A DNA stretch of 64,000 bases, from the NCBI GenBank assembly GCA_026014875.1, contig JAOZHO010000033.1, forward strand, positions 13,256 to 77,255, read 5' to 3'. Shown one piece after another: positions 28,379-37,453 of this stretch; position 1 is the stretch's first letter; each line of letters starts with the position of its first letter. This stretch comes from Candidatus Bathyarchaeota archaeon. Its GTDB lineage: Archaea; Thermoproteota; Bathyarchaeia; TCS64. Position numbers and translations under genes: made by a program. The notes below the pieces were generated by a model. It searched no databases, was not told the origin of the DNA, and was given only the letters and a program-made list of their open reading frames with translations.

Positions 28379-30490
28379 CTATCTCCTCTTGAATTTCGTG
28401 AAGCCTATCGCGAGGCCGATCACTACTATTATCGCGAGCCCGATGCCGAGGAAGCCCCACGACGTGGACGCATTCGCTGTGACCCTGAGGTCGGCCTCCG
28501 CCGACTCCGCCTGGTCGCTCAGGGCCTGCACCGTGACGATGTAGTCCCCCGCCACGGTGTCGGACGGCGTCTCCGCCGATATGGTGAAAGTTGTCGAGGC
28601 CTTTGGGCCCAGAGAAGCCAGCTGGGAGGGGGTCACCGTTATATCCCAGTCCGCGGGGACGGTCGTCTCGAGGTATAGGGATGTCAGGGGGGAGAGACCC
28701 GCGTTGGTGACCTCGACGCTGAACTCCACCGAGTCCCCGATGGTTATCGTGGTGTAGAGCGTCGAGAGCTCGAGCTCAACATCGTGGGAGCCCACGACGG
28801 TGGCTTTGAGCTCGATCTCCTTGGATAGCGTCCCCTCCGCCGACTCGACCTGGATCACCAGGATATAATCGCCGGTCTCGACGTTGCTCGGAGGCTCCAC
28901 CACTAGGCTAAGATCCTGATAGTCATCCGCCGGAATGTAGAAGCTGGAGACCTTGATGCTCTCCGACTTGAAGACGGCGTCCCAGTTGTCCGGGGCCGAG
29001 ACTACCTTCATTGTGAACTGGTCTTTGCTCTCCCCCATGTTCCAGACTCGTAGGGGATACGTGATGGAGCTCCCCGCCTGAACCGTGACATCCGTGAAGG
29101 TGCCCACGATCTCGATGTCGCTGAAGGACTCCCTCAGGCGGACACCCAGGGCGAGGCTGTCCCCCACGCTCCCCCCCTCGGACTCCACGAGCACCACGAG
29201 GGTGTAACTCCCGGGCTCGTAGTCATCCGGGGGGGTCACCTCGAAGACAAGGCTTGAATATGAACCAGCAGAGATGAGGAGGCTGGAGACCTCCACGGTA
29301 TCGGACCTGAACACGGCGTCCCAGTCCTCGGGGGCTGAGAGAACCGTGAGTATGAACAGGTCGTCGTTGTCCCCCTTGTTCCGGATGGTGAGGGGATAGT
29401 TGATAGCGTTCCCGGCCTCGACTGTCACATCGGTGTACGCGCTCAGGAGCTCCACCTCTCCCTCGGCCTCCTTGAGGCTCACCCTCAACACCAGAGAGCC
29501 CCGCAGCGCTCCTTCCTCAGAGACGGCTCGAATCTCCATCTCATACTCACCAACCAAAGCGGTGATGGCGGGCTCGACCTCAAGGGTGAGAGCCTCAGAA
29601 TCACCGGATTCGAGGAATAGACTACGGATCTCTATGCCGCCCCCCGTGACGAACCTCGTCTCCCATCCCTCGGGGACATCCATATAGAGCTCGACGGTCT
29701 CATCGGAGTCGCCCGTATTAGTGACGGTGACGGGGAAGCTGATGGTTCTCCCCAGCTCCCCGATGATGTAGGGATACGCGGAGGCAAGCGCCGTCTCTGG
29801 CTGGGATGCCTGAGAAGGCTGAATCGTGAACTCCAGAGTGGCGTTCAGGCTGCCGATGACGGTGAGGCTCACGGTCTCTGCCTCAGCCGCGGTCTCCGGA
29901 ACATCCACCTCCAGCGTGAGGCTCAGGCTCCCCGAGTTCAGCTGGGCCCTCCCGATCTCCCCCGTGGAGTCGAGGACCCGGGCCTCCCAGCCCTCCAGAC
30001 TGGCCACGCCGAACTCGATCACCTCGGGCTCGTCCAGGATGCTCACCGTGAAGGGGAAGCTCGCCGTGTCCCCCGGGGAGACGACCCTGCTTAGAACGGA
30101 GGCGGTGAGCCTCAGGTTTTGGAGGAGGACGATCTCCCCCATCTTCACGGGGTCGTTCTCGTCGTCGAAGAACAGCCCGGCGGGCACGTTGATGCCGGTC
30201 TGCTCCCCAGAATATCCGTCCTTCTCGAAGTGGATGGTGTACTGGCCGGTGTCCACGAGGGCGAACCTGAAGTATCCTTCCTCATCGGTGTACTGGGTGG
30301 CCTCGAGGCTTCCCGAGTTCGAGTACGCCATCACCTTGACATCGGTGAGGGGGGCTCCATTCTCATCCAGTACTGTCCCGTGGACATTCCCGGAGCCTGC
30401 CGGGGGAGCGTATACCCAGGCTCCCATCGTCGATGCTAGGACGAGGGAGATCAGGATCATTGTTAGCGTTCCATTCCTCTTGTTAATCAT
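28379..30490 (-). CDS. Membrane-anchored protein with a carboxypeptidase-regulatory-like domain and tandem NEW3/NPCBM-associated Ig-like domains
   Basis: Signal peptide, GTVLDENGAPL, repeated V.N.G...P..W units, C-terminal TM plus KFKRR. Confidence 0.85.
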   Translation of the reverse strand: MINKRNGTLTMILISLVLASTMGAWVYAPPAGSGNVHGTVLDENGAPLTDVKVMAYSNSGSLEATQYTDEEGYFRFALVDTGQYTIHFEKDGYSGEQTGINVPAGLFFDDENDPVKMGEIVLLQNLRLTASVLSRVVSPGDTASFPFTVSILDEPEVIEFGVASLEGWEARVLDSTGEIGRAQLNSGSLSLTLEVDVPETAAEAETVSLTVIGSLNATLEFTIQPSQASQPETALASAYPYIIGELGRTISFPVTVTNTGDSDETVELYMDVPEGWETRFVTGGGIEIRSLFLESGDSEALTLEVEPAITALVGEYEMEIRAVSEEGALRGSLVLRVSLKEAEGEVELLSAYTDVTVEAGNAINYPLTIRNKGDNDDLFILTVLSAPEDWDAVFRSDTVEVSSLLISAGSYSSLVFEVTPPDDYEPGSYTLVVLVESEGGSVGDSLALGVRLRESFSDIEIVGTFTDVTVQAGSSITYPLRVWNMGESKDQFTMKVVSAPDNWDAVFKSESIKVSSFYIPADDYQDLSLVVEPPSNVETGDYILVIQVESAEGTLSKEIELKATVVGSHDVELELSTLYTTITIGDSVEFSVEVTNAGLSPLTSLYLETTVPADWDITVTPSQLASLGPKASTTFTISAETPSDTVAGDYIVTVQALSDQAESAEADLRVTANASTSWGFLGIGLAIIVVIGLAIGFTKFKRR

Positions 30491-30530
30491 TACGTCACCT
30501 CGAGTTCAGAGACTTCCATAAGTTTTGCTA

Positions 30531-30573
30531 ATTAAACCATTTTTCAGAATCATACCATAATCTACCCCTAATC
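30531..30573. promoter_or_regulatory. Putative operator/promoter, copy 1
   Basis: CATTTTTCAGAATC followed by AATC at 11-bp period, including CCCCTAATC. Confidence 0.55.
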
Positions 30574-30582
30574 CTCCTGGCG

Positions 30583-31056
30583 TCAACCCCGCTTGGACCT
30601 CCCGGCCATTCCCTCCATCAGCTCATCCATCTTCTCGGTGACGTGATCCAGGAGGCCCTGCGACGAGGCGCCCTGGTCGATCAACCCCTGGAGCTCGGGC
30701 TCCAGCCCCTCGATGAATTCGAGCATGGGGGCCATCCGCTCCGCAAAGACTTCCTCTGTCTCGTTGAGCATCGCCTCCATCTGATCCGTCATGTTAACAA
30801 CGAACTCTAGGAGTTCCTCGGGCTCGGCGCTCGCGTTAACAAGTGCCTGGAGCTCGTGGATGACCCCCTGGAAGAAGCCGTCCCTCTCCCCCATGGGTCT
30901 ATCACCATCAGGCGGGAAGGGCCTCTGCTCGTCCTCATGGATCGGCAGTTCCTCCTCCGTTTGCGGAGAGACATTGTTGACCTGGCCCAGATACGCCCAG
31001 CCACCCACCAAGACGAATAGGACCAAGGCTATCGGGATGACCACATTAAGCCTCAA
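30583..31056 (-). CDS. Hypothetical membrane-anchored helical protein
   Basis: N-terminal TM, acidic helical body. Confidence 0.7.
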   Translation of the reverse strand: MRLNVVIPIALVLFVLVGGWAYLGQVNNVSPQTEEELPIHEDEQRPFPPDGDRPMGERDGFFQGVIHELQALVNASAEPEELLEFVVNMTDQMEAMLNETEEVFAERMAPMLEFIEGLEPELQGLIDQGASSQGLLDHVTEKMDELMEGMAGRSKRG

Positions 31057-31086
31057 TTCTGCTCAAGGGTCCCTGAGTCCGAGATG

Positions 31087-31147
31087 ATTAAAAATCATTT
31101 TTCAGAATCTCCCCCTAATCATTACAGAATCTTGAGCCCCTGGAATC
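31087..31147. promoter_or_regulatory. Putative operator/promoter, copy 2
   Basis: CATTTTTCAGAATC-TCCCCCTAATC-ATTACAGAATC with 11-bp period. Confidence 0.55.
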
Positions 31148-31202
31148 ATTTAATACGATATCCGTGATACCTGAACTGAGATTTCCACCAAGGTATATGC
31201 CG

Positions 31203-31526
31203 ATGTCTGCCCGGGACCGAACCTACAGGTACCTCCTCCAGTGGCTGATAGGGGGCACCAGGGGCGGCGTGAACCGGGGCCGCATCATCAACGCCCTCAG
31301 AGAGCAGCCCATGAACGCGAACCAGCTGGGAAAACTTCTAGAGCTCGACTACAGGACCATCAGGCACCACCTGGAAGCCCTGGAGAAGCACAAGCTCCTC
31401 GCCTCGATGGGGGACCGCTACGGCAAGATGTACTTCGTCTCCATGGAGCTCGAGGAGCACCTCGACGTTTTTGATGAGATTTGGGTGGAAATTGGAAAAA
31501 GGTTGAAAAAGGAGGATAATGAGTGA
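31203..31526 (+). CDS. Archaeal ArsR-like winged-helix regulator
   Basis: WLIGGTRGGVNRGRII...PMNANQL...LDYRTIRHHL...RYGKMYF. Confidence 0.88.
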   Translation: MSARDRTYRYLLQWLIGGTRGGVNRGRIINALREQPMNANQLGKLLELDYRTIRHHLEALEKHKLLASMGDRYGKMYFVSMELEEHLDVFDEIWVEIGKRLKKEDNE

Positions 31527-31960
31527 GACTGAGAATGAGGAATAGGCCCCGTGCAGCCCTGACGCTCCTAGCGATCATGCTGGTCAGCGTATCGTCCGTC
31601 TGGGTCGCCCACGGGGAGTTCTCCAAGGGAGACTGGGATTTTGACATGCACGAGCTGGAGCGGCTCAGGGACGAGCTGCCCAGAGTCCTCACCATCAAGA
31701 TGGCCTTCACCACCCTCACATCGATCCTCCTCATCGGGCTCATCGTGGTACACGTCAGAGTCTATCGCGAGACGGGGACCCGGTTCAGCCTGGGGCTAGT
31801 AATCTTCTCAGTGGCCCTCATCCTCTACACCCTCGCCTCTAACCCGATGCTCCACAGGCTCGTGGGCTTCAGGAGGATCGGTCTGGGCCCCCTGCTGATG
31901 CTCCCTGACCTCTTCATGGTCGTCGCAGCAGCCATACTCCTCTACCTCAGCAGACAGTAA
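31523..31960 (+). CDS. Small multi-TM membrane protein coupled to the regulator
   Basis: Four hydrophobic segments, Y....RFSLGL..F motif; start overlaps the upstream stop. Confidence 0.75.
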   Translation: MRLRMRNRPRAALTLLAIMLVSVSSVWVAHGEFSKGDWDFDMHELERLRDELPRVLTIKMAFTTLTSILLIGLIVVHVRVYRETGTRFSLGLVIFSVALILYTLASNPMLHRLVGFRRIGLGPLLMLPDLFMVVAAAILLYLSRQ

Positions 31961-31962
31961 AC

Positions 31963-31979
31963 CCCGCCCGGGGCTCCAT
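31963..31979 (+). repeat. att-like direct repeat of the tRNA-Thr 3' end (exact)
   Basis: CCCGCCCGGGGCTCCAT is identical to 26123-26139. Confidence 0.9.
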
Positions 31980-32053
31980 CATCGGTGCGGGAGCCGTGTA
32001 TGTAGTGATCGGACCCGTACACGGGTTCATTATCTACTGGGCTCCTAACGAAA

Positions 32054-32434
32054 ATGGGTGGTGTTTTGGATCCGTTTTTGAGGGGTTTCAACGAGAGTTT
32101 GATGGACACTAATCTATCGGAGATCGAGGTTCAGAATCTGAAGGGGATAACGGCGATCTTCAGTAAAGAGATCAAATCGAAGCTTGATGCCCAGTTCGGT
32201 TTCATACTGGGTTTTTCGTATGCGAAGTTCCTGATGCAATTCCTCATTCTCAAGAATAGTATGCCCACGAAGGAGGAGACGAAAGAGTTCTTCGAGCTTC
32301 TGAAGAGGCGCCACCCTGAGATTGTCTCGATCCTGAGGGATGTGAGGGTCGCCGATATCGTTGAACGGAACGAGTCTGTTGCATCCTTCGAAGAACATGA
32401 AGTAGAACCGGATAGCGAGGACCCAACCTTCTAA
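32054..32434 (+). CDS. Hypothetical protein
   Basis: Lower-GC ORF with natural composition. Confidence 0.65.
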   Translation: MGGVLDPFLRGFNESLMDTNLSEIEVQNLKGITAIFSKEIKSKLDAQFGFILGFSYAKFLMQFLILKNSMPTKEETKEFFELLKRRHPEIVSILRDVRVADIVERNESVASFEEHEVEPDSEDPTF

Positions 32435-32499
32435 CATCGCGCGCGATCAGTAAAACGCCTACCAGAAAACCTATCTCAACGATGGGGGGAGGTTATCCC

Positions 32500-33012
32500 A
32501 TGTTAGAGAAAATTCTGGATGAGGTGAACGAGGCCAACAGGAGCCGGAAGACAATCTCCAAGATGGAGTTGGGAGAGATCGACCAGTTCCTGGTTCACTC
32601 CAGGGTGGGGAGGATCGGCATATCCCTTGATGATAACCCCTACGTTGTTCCCGTCGGCTACTGCTACGAGGGCGGTGAGATTTTCTTCCATTCCTGCTTC
32701 AGCGGGCTGAAGATGAGGAGCATGGCACGAAACCCCAAAGTCTGCTTCCTGGTCGACGAGTCCCTCTCGGACGGCTCCATGTACAAGAGCGTGATAGTCA
32801 GGGGGTCCGTGGAGATCATCGATGACGGGGAGAGGATGCTGCCGTACCTGCAGAGCCTCATTAACAAGTACAGGGTCCCCGTGGGCTTCGACGAGTACAT
32901 CGGCAGGCCAGGGCGGAGCAGGGAGAAGGAGATGGCGGTAGTCCGAGTATGTGTGATCACCCCGAGTGAGATCACCAGTAGGAAGATGGTGCGCGCGCTT
33001 ACGCGCGCGTGA
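32500..33012 (+). CDS. Pyridoxamine 5'-phosphate oxidase-like FMN-binding protein (NimA-like)
   Basis: VGRIG...PYVVPV.Y...IFFH...G.K...NPKVCF.V...YKSVIVRG. Confidence 0.88.
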   Translation: MLEKILDEVNEANRSRKTISKMELGEIDQFLVHSRVGRIGISLDDNPYVVPVGYCYEGGEIFFHSCFSGLKMRSMARNPKVCFLVDESLSDGSMYKSVIVRGSVEIIDDGERMLPYLQSLINKYRVPVGFDEYIGRPGRSREKEMAVVRVCVITPSEITSRKMVRALTRA

Positions 33013-33061
33013 AAAGGCTGATGGAGAATAAATTTATCTTATTACAGGTTATGTTCCGTCT

Positions 33062-33790
33062 ATGATCGACTACAATAAAATATCTGGGCATTACACACAA
33101 CACCGCCAAAAGGTACATCCAGGGATATTGAAGGAACTCCTATCCGGATCTGAATATCAAAACAATTCGACTGTTCTCGAAGTGGGCTGCGGAACAGCGA
33201 ATTACATCATCGAAATACAATCCCTCACAGGAAGCAGATGCTGGGGCATAGACCCATCAGAAAAAATGCTATCAGTGGCCAGAGAAAGGTCAAAAACAAT
33301 AGATTTTAAAAATGGCAGAGGAGAGCAACTGGATTTCTCAAATGATTTCTTCGATTTCATATTCTCCGTAGATGTGATCCATCACGTGGAAGGTCATCTA
33401 GAATACTTTCAAGAGGCTTTTCGGACGTTAAAACCGGGAAATCGAATTTGTACCGTTACGGATTCCGAGTGGACACTCAGCAATCGGGTACCCCTGGCAA
33501 CTCACTTCCCAGAGACCGTTGAGGTCGAATTGGCCAGATATCCTAGGATTCATTATTTAACCGGGCTGATGAGGGAAGCGGGATTCACGGACATTCAGGA
33601 TAAACTCGTAGAGTTCTCATTCCACATGAAGGATATTCAGGCATTTCGAGATAGAGCATATAGTTCATTACACCTGATTTCAGAAGAAGCGTTTCAGAGA
33701 GGAATCACTCGATTGGAGGACGAATTAGATGAAAAAGGGTATATTCAAAATATTTCCAGATACACGCTTCTATGGGGAAGAAAAAATTAA
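33062..33790 (+). CDS. Class I SAM-dependent methyltransferase (AT-rich)
   Basis: VLEVGCGTA, GIDPSEKML, FDFIFSVDVIHH, LKPG. Confidence 0.9.
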   Translation: MIDYNKISGHYTQHRQKVHPGILKELLSGSEYQNNSTVLEVGCGTANYIIEIQSLTGSRCWGIDPSEKMLSVARERSKTIDFKNGRGEQLDFSNDFFDFIFSVDVIHHVEGHLEYFQEAFRTLKPGNRICTVTDSEWTLSNRVPLATHFPETVEVELARYPRIHYLTGLMREAGFTDIQDKLVEFSFHMKDIQAFRDRAYSSLHLISEEAFQRGITRLEDELDEKGYIQNISRYTLLWGRKN

Positions 33791-33973
33791 AATCGCGCGC
33801 GCCTGTTCTGGAAATCGTGTGTGAGGAAAATAAAATTTTACCACTGAGAGGCAGGCGGAGTGCCTCCGCTCCTGTAGAGAGGGGAAGCCGTCTAATCCCC
33901 CTTTTTCTAGAGGGCAGCCTAAGGAGGGAATAACTCTTGTCTGGAAGTGGAGCGCGGGCCTTCCTTTATGCGT

Positions 33974-34792
33974 TCATTCACTCCTCGGCTCACTGAGGGG
34001 GACGCTGAGGCTTTCAAACCCTTTGACGAAGTCGGACATCCAGGCCACCACATCCTCCAACAGCGTCTCCGCGAACTCGGGAGTTATCTTGGAGTAGTCG
34101 CTGGTGCCTGGCACGTCGTCGGGGTGGGCCTCCGTCATGGAGCCGGTCTCAGATACGTCGACGGTGCTCAGCGGTATCCTAACGAGACCGTCTTTGAACC
34201 TCGCGAGCCCCGATCTGACAAGCTGGATCTCATCATCCACCTGCCTCGTCGGCGTCAACACCGCCCGGTCCATCCTCACAGCCTCGGGCCTCGACGCCAG
34301 CATGAGGGCGGTCTCGGCGTAACCTGCGTGCTCCTCGGCGGGGTGCCCGTGTATGGACCTGCTTCGCAGTATGTCCCACCACTGGACGACGGCGCAGAGG
34401 GTCCCCATGTCCTCCCGGGCCTCCTTGATGGCGCCGGTGATGGCGCCGAGGTTCCCCCCATGACCGTTCATGAAGACCACCCGATCTATTCCATAGCGGT
34501 CAAGGCTCTCGATGATCTCGTAGACCACCTCCTGGAGGGTCTCCGGGGCGAGAGTTATCGTCCCGGGGAACTCCTTATGGTGGCCCGAGACGCCGTATGG
34601 CATGACAGGCAGCACCAGAGCGCCCGTCCTCTCCCCAACCTTCCTCGCGATGTTCCAGGCCTGGATCCAGTCCGCCCCGACCCCTAGGTGAAGCCCGTGC
34701 TGCTCTGTCGCGCCTATCGGCACGATGGCGAGCCTCGTCTCACCGAACTTCTCCTCGGCCTCCGGCCAGGTCATATTAGATAGCTCGAACAT
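33974..34792 (-). CDS. Creatininase family amidohydrolase
   Basis: PIGATEQHGLHL...D, YGVSGHH..FPGT, NGHGGN, HAGYAET. Confidence 0.92.
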   Translation of the reverse strand: MFELSNMTWPEAEEKFGETRLAIVPIGATEQHGLHLGVGADWIQAWNIARKVGERTGALVLPVMPYGVSGHHKEFPGTITLAPETLQEVVYEIIESLDRYGIDRVVFMNGHGGNLGAITGAIKEAREDMGTLCAVVQWWDILRSRSIHGHPAEEHAGYAETALMLASRPEAVRMDRAVLTPTRQVDDEIQLVRSGLARFKDGLVRIPLSTVDVSETGSMTEAHPDDVPGTSDYSKITPEFAETLLEDVVAWMSDFVKGFESLSVPLSEPRSE

Positions 34793-34902
34793 GATTTACT
34801 CCTCTTAAGAAGAGGACAATATGTCGAATAATAATGTGTGAGGTGTAAAGTGCCTTTGTCCCACGTACGCCTGTTAACGGACGCCTAAAGTCACGCTGGT
34901 AA

Positions 34903-35050
34903 CTAGATGTCCAGCGTCTTCCCCGGGTTCTCGTTCACCATCATCCCGATCTCACCGTCGCTGATGCCGTTCTCCCTCATCACACGAATGAATATCCGTA
35001 GCCCCTCAGGCGACGGATTGTGCACCTAACCCAAGCCCGTGGCCTGGTCC
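34903..35050 (-). pseudogene. C-terminal remnant of an amidohydrolase-fold (DUF6282-like) gene
   Basis: ATGLG*VHNPSPEGLRIFIRVMRENGISDGEIGMMVNENPGKTLDI* with an internal stop and no recognisable N-terminus. Confidence 0.6.
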
Positions 35051-35145
35051 AAGAAAGCGATGGTGGGCAGCTCATATCCGGCGGTGACTAAGGTGATGCT
35101 GGACGTTCTAAGGGACGGTGGGTGATGAAGTTTAACCCAAAGAGG

Positions 35146-35185
35146 TTACAGGTACTTTTCAATCTCAAGTTGGAAACCCGCCCGG
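35146..35185 (+). repeat. att-like repeat: conserved arm plus partial tRNA core
   Basis: GTACTTTTCAATCTCAAGTTGGAAA-CCCGCCCGG. Confidence 0.85.
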
Positions 35186-35312
35186 CGCGCGTTTCAGTTT
35201 ACATGTCTTTAATGGTTCTTTTACGTGTATCAGATGCCGAATTCGCAGTGAACTCTGAACGTGCGCGGGTGAGAAAGTGAATTAAATGAACTGGACTTGT
35301 GTTTGATCGTCT

Positions 35313-36857
35313 ATGAGAGGCGATAATAATGGGTTTTTCGGGGTTTGTGCAGTCCTGACTCTATTACTCGTCTCGTCGTCTCTCCCGTTCCTGAGCTGGG
35401 GGGCATCCGCCTCCGACCTGGATGAGAGAATCCAGAGGGTTGAGAATGGGTTATACGAACGCTCTTGGGAGGGTCTGCCTATCGGAGAAAAGTTGACGCT
35501 CGCGGAACGCATGGAATATTACAAAGTCCCAGGGGTCAGCATCGCCGTCATCAATGATTTTCAAATTGAATGGGCCAAGGGCTATGGCGTTCTAGAAACT
35601 GGAGGAAATCAGCCCGTAACCCCCGACACTCTTTTCCAAGCGGCTTCCATCAGCAAACCCGTTACTGCTGCGGCAGCCCTGCACTTTGTGGAACAGGGTC
35701 TCCTTGACCTCGACGAAAACGTCAACGATAAGCTAGTTTCTTGGAAAGTGCCTGAGAATGAGTTGACAGAACAGGAAAAGGTTACGCTTCGCCGTCTACT
35801 AAGCCACACCGCAGGAACTAGTGTCCACGGATTCAGAGGGTACGCATATAATGAGGAGATTCCCACCCTCCAGCAGATACTTGATGGGGAGCCGCCGGCC
35901 GATAATCCACCAATTCGCGTCGACATGGTTCCAGGGACTAAATGGCGGTACTCGGGTGGCGGCATCACGATCGTGCAACAGCTGCTCAAGGATATTATAG
36001 GCAAACCCTTTCCTGATATCATGCAGGAAGCAGTCCTCGAGCCAACAGGAATGATGGCTAGCACATTTAAACAGCCACTCCCTGAGGACCGCAGAGCTAC
36101 AGCAGCCACTGCGCACAATATCAATGGTGGGCCCCTCGGGGGAAAATGGCATATCTACCCTGAGATGGCGGCAGCGGGACTATGGACAACCGCTTCTGAT
36201 CTCGCACGCTTCGGCATCGAGATGATGCTTTCCTACCGTGGAGAATCGAATAAAATTCTCTCCGAGGAGATGGTGGAAGCAATGCTTTCTCCTCAGGTCG
36301 AGGGGTTCATGGGATTGGGATTTACGACACAAGGCGAAGGCCTAGATCATTGGTTTGGGCATGTCGGGGGTAATGAGGGATTTAGATGCATCATATTGGC
36401 CTATCCAGAACGAGGGTATGGCATTGTGGTGATGACAAATGGGGATGCAGGCGATTCGCTTTACAACGAGATTCTGATGAGCGTAGAGTTAGAATATAGC
36501 TTGTTCAACACAGACATGACGATATATGTGAAGGATAACGAGGGCAAGGCTATCAGTGGCGCTTCTGTGACCTCCATCTCCCAGCCGGAGGGTCAAGAGA
36601 CGCTGAGAGGCGCCACGGACTCCGATGGTTGTATGATCTTCACGAATGTGAGGCAGGGCGACTACGCGATCCAGGCGAGCAAGAGCGGATACACGACGGA
36701 TAAGGGAACATTGAACGCCATAATAGAGGAGACAGCTGAGTTAACCATCCTCCTCGAGAAGGAAGCGAAAGGCATCCCCGGCTTCCCTTACGAGTCAATC
36801 ATACTCGGGATAGTGATGGTGACCTTCCTGTTATGGGGGATGAGAAGAAGAACGTAG
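35313..36857 (+). CDS. Beta-lactamase-family (class C-like) serine hydrolase with Ig-like domain and PGF-CTERM-like tail
   Basis: Signal peptide, FQAASISK (SxxK), LLSHTAG, YSG, HVGG; ends IPGFPYES-TM-RRRT. Confidence 0.9.
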   Translation: MRGDNNGFFGVCAVLTLLLVSSSLPFLSWGASASDLDERIQRVENGLYERSWEGLPIGEKLTLAERMEYYKVPGVSIAVINDFQIEWAKGYGVLETGGNQPVTPDTLFQAASISKPVTAAAALHFVEQGLLDLDENVNDKLVSWKVPENELTEQEKVTLRRLLSHTAGTSVHGFRGYAYNEEIPTLQQILDGEPPADNPPIRVDMVPGTKWRYSGGGITIVQQLLKDIIGKPFPDIMQEAVLEPTGMMASTFKQPLPEDRRATAATAHNINGGPLGGKWHIYPEMAAAGLWTTASDLARFGIEMMLSYRGESNKILSEEMVEAMLSPQVEGFMGLGFTTQGEGLDHWFGHVGGNEGFRCIILAYPERGYGIVVMTNGDAGDSLYNEILMSVELEYSLFNTDMTIYVKDNEGKAISGASVTSISQPEGQETLRGATDSDGCMIFTNVRQGDYAIQASKSGYTTDKGTLNAIIEETAELTILLEKEAKGIPGFPYESIILGIVMVTFLLWGMRRRT

Positions 36858-36869
36858 AGTGCGCACGCA

Positions 36870-36905
36870 GTGCTTTTCTGCCTCAAGTTAGTAGCCCGCC
36901 CGGGG
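36870..36905 (+). repeat. att-like repeat: conserved arm plus partial tRNA core
   Basis: GTGCTTTTCTGCCTCAAGTTAGTAG-CCCGCCCGGGG. Confidence 0.85.
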
Positions 36906-37171
36906 TTTCCGGTCGTCTTGACCTTAGCGTCGCTCATTCCTATCACCAACTGTGCTATCCACGCTGCGTATGCGCTCGCGGATGTGAAAGTGTACGCGCG
37001 CGCATGAAGAATGTATAAATTATTGCCCTCAAATTTATGATCTATTCTCTAGCGCGCAGTTTATATCATGCTTCTCGCTTGGCGTGTTATATCATGAGAA
37101 AAATAAAAAAAACAACTTGAAACTCGATTCGATCTATAAACTCCTGGCCGCCTCTCGGCGTCTGAGCTTAT

Positions 37172-37342
37172 CTAGAACCTTCTTGGCGGCCTGTGCTTAG
37201 CAAAGCACTCACGGCAGTAAACCGGCCTGCCCTCTGTTGGCTTGAAGGGGACTTCCGCCTCCTTCCCGCAATCAGAGCAGATGACCTTGGTCATCTCACG
37301 CGGGCCGCGGTCTGATCCACCGCGCCTATCTCTATAACCCAA
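37172..37342 (-). CDS. CxxC-x17-CxxC domain small protein
   Basis: PREMTKVICSDCGKEAEVPFKPTEGRPVYCRECF; AGGAGTGA SD before the TTG start. Confidence 0.9.
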   Translation of the reverse strand: MGYRDRRGGSDRGPREMTKVICSDCGKEAEVPFKPTEGRPVYCRECFAKHRPPRRF

Positions 37343-37453
37343 TACTTTCACTCCTATTCTGTGTGTATGCTCAGAACGCCTCACGGTGTTCTCCGCACAC
37401 TGCCCACGCATGGGCGATTCTCCCTTTTAAATCATTGCGCACGCGCGCGGGGG

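Noticed and set aside
32429-32509. Possible integron attC (TTCTAAC...GTTAGAG)
   Set aside because: No internal L-box symmetry, the right box lies inside a start region, and no intI is present.
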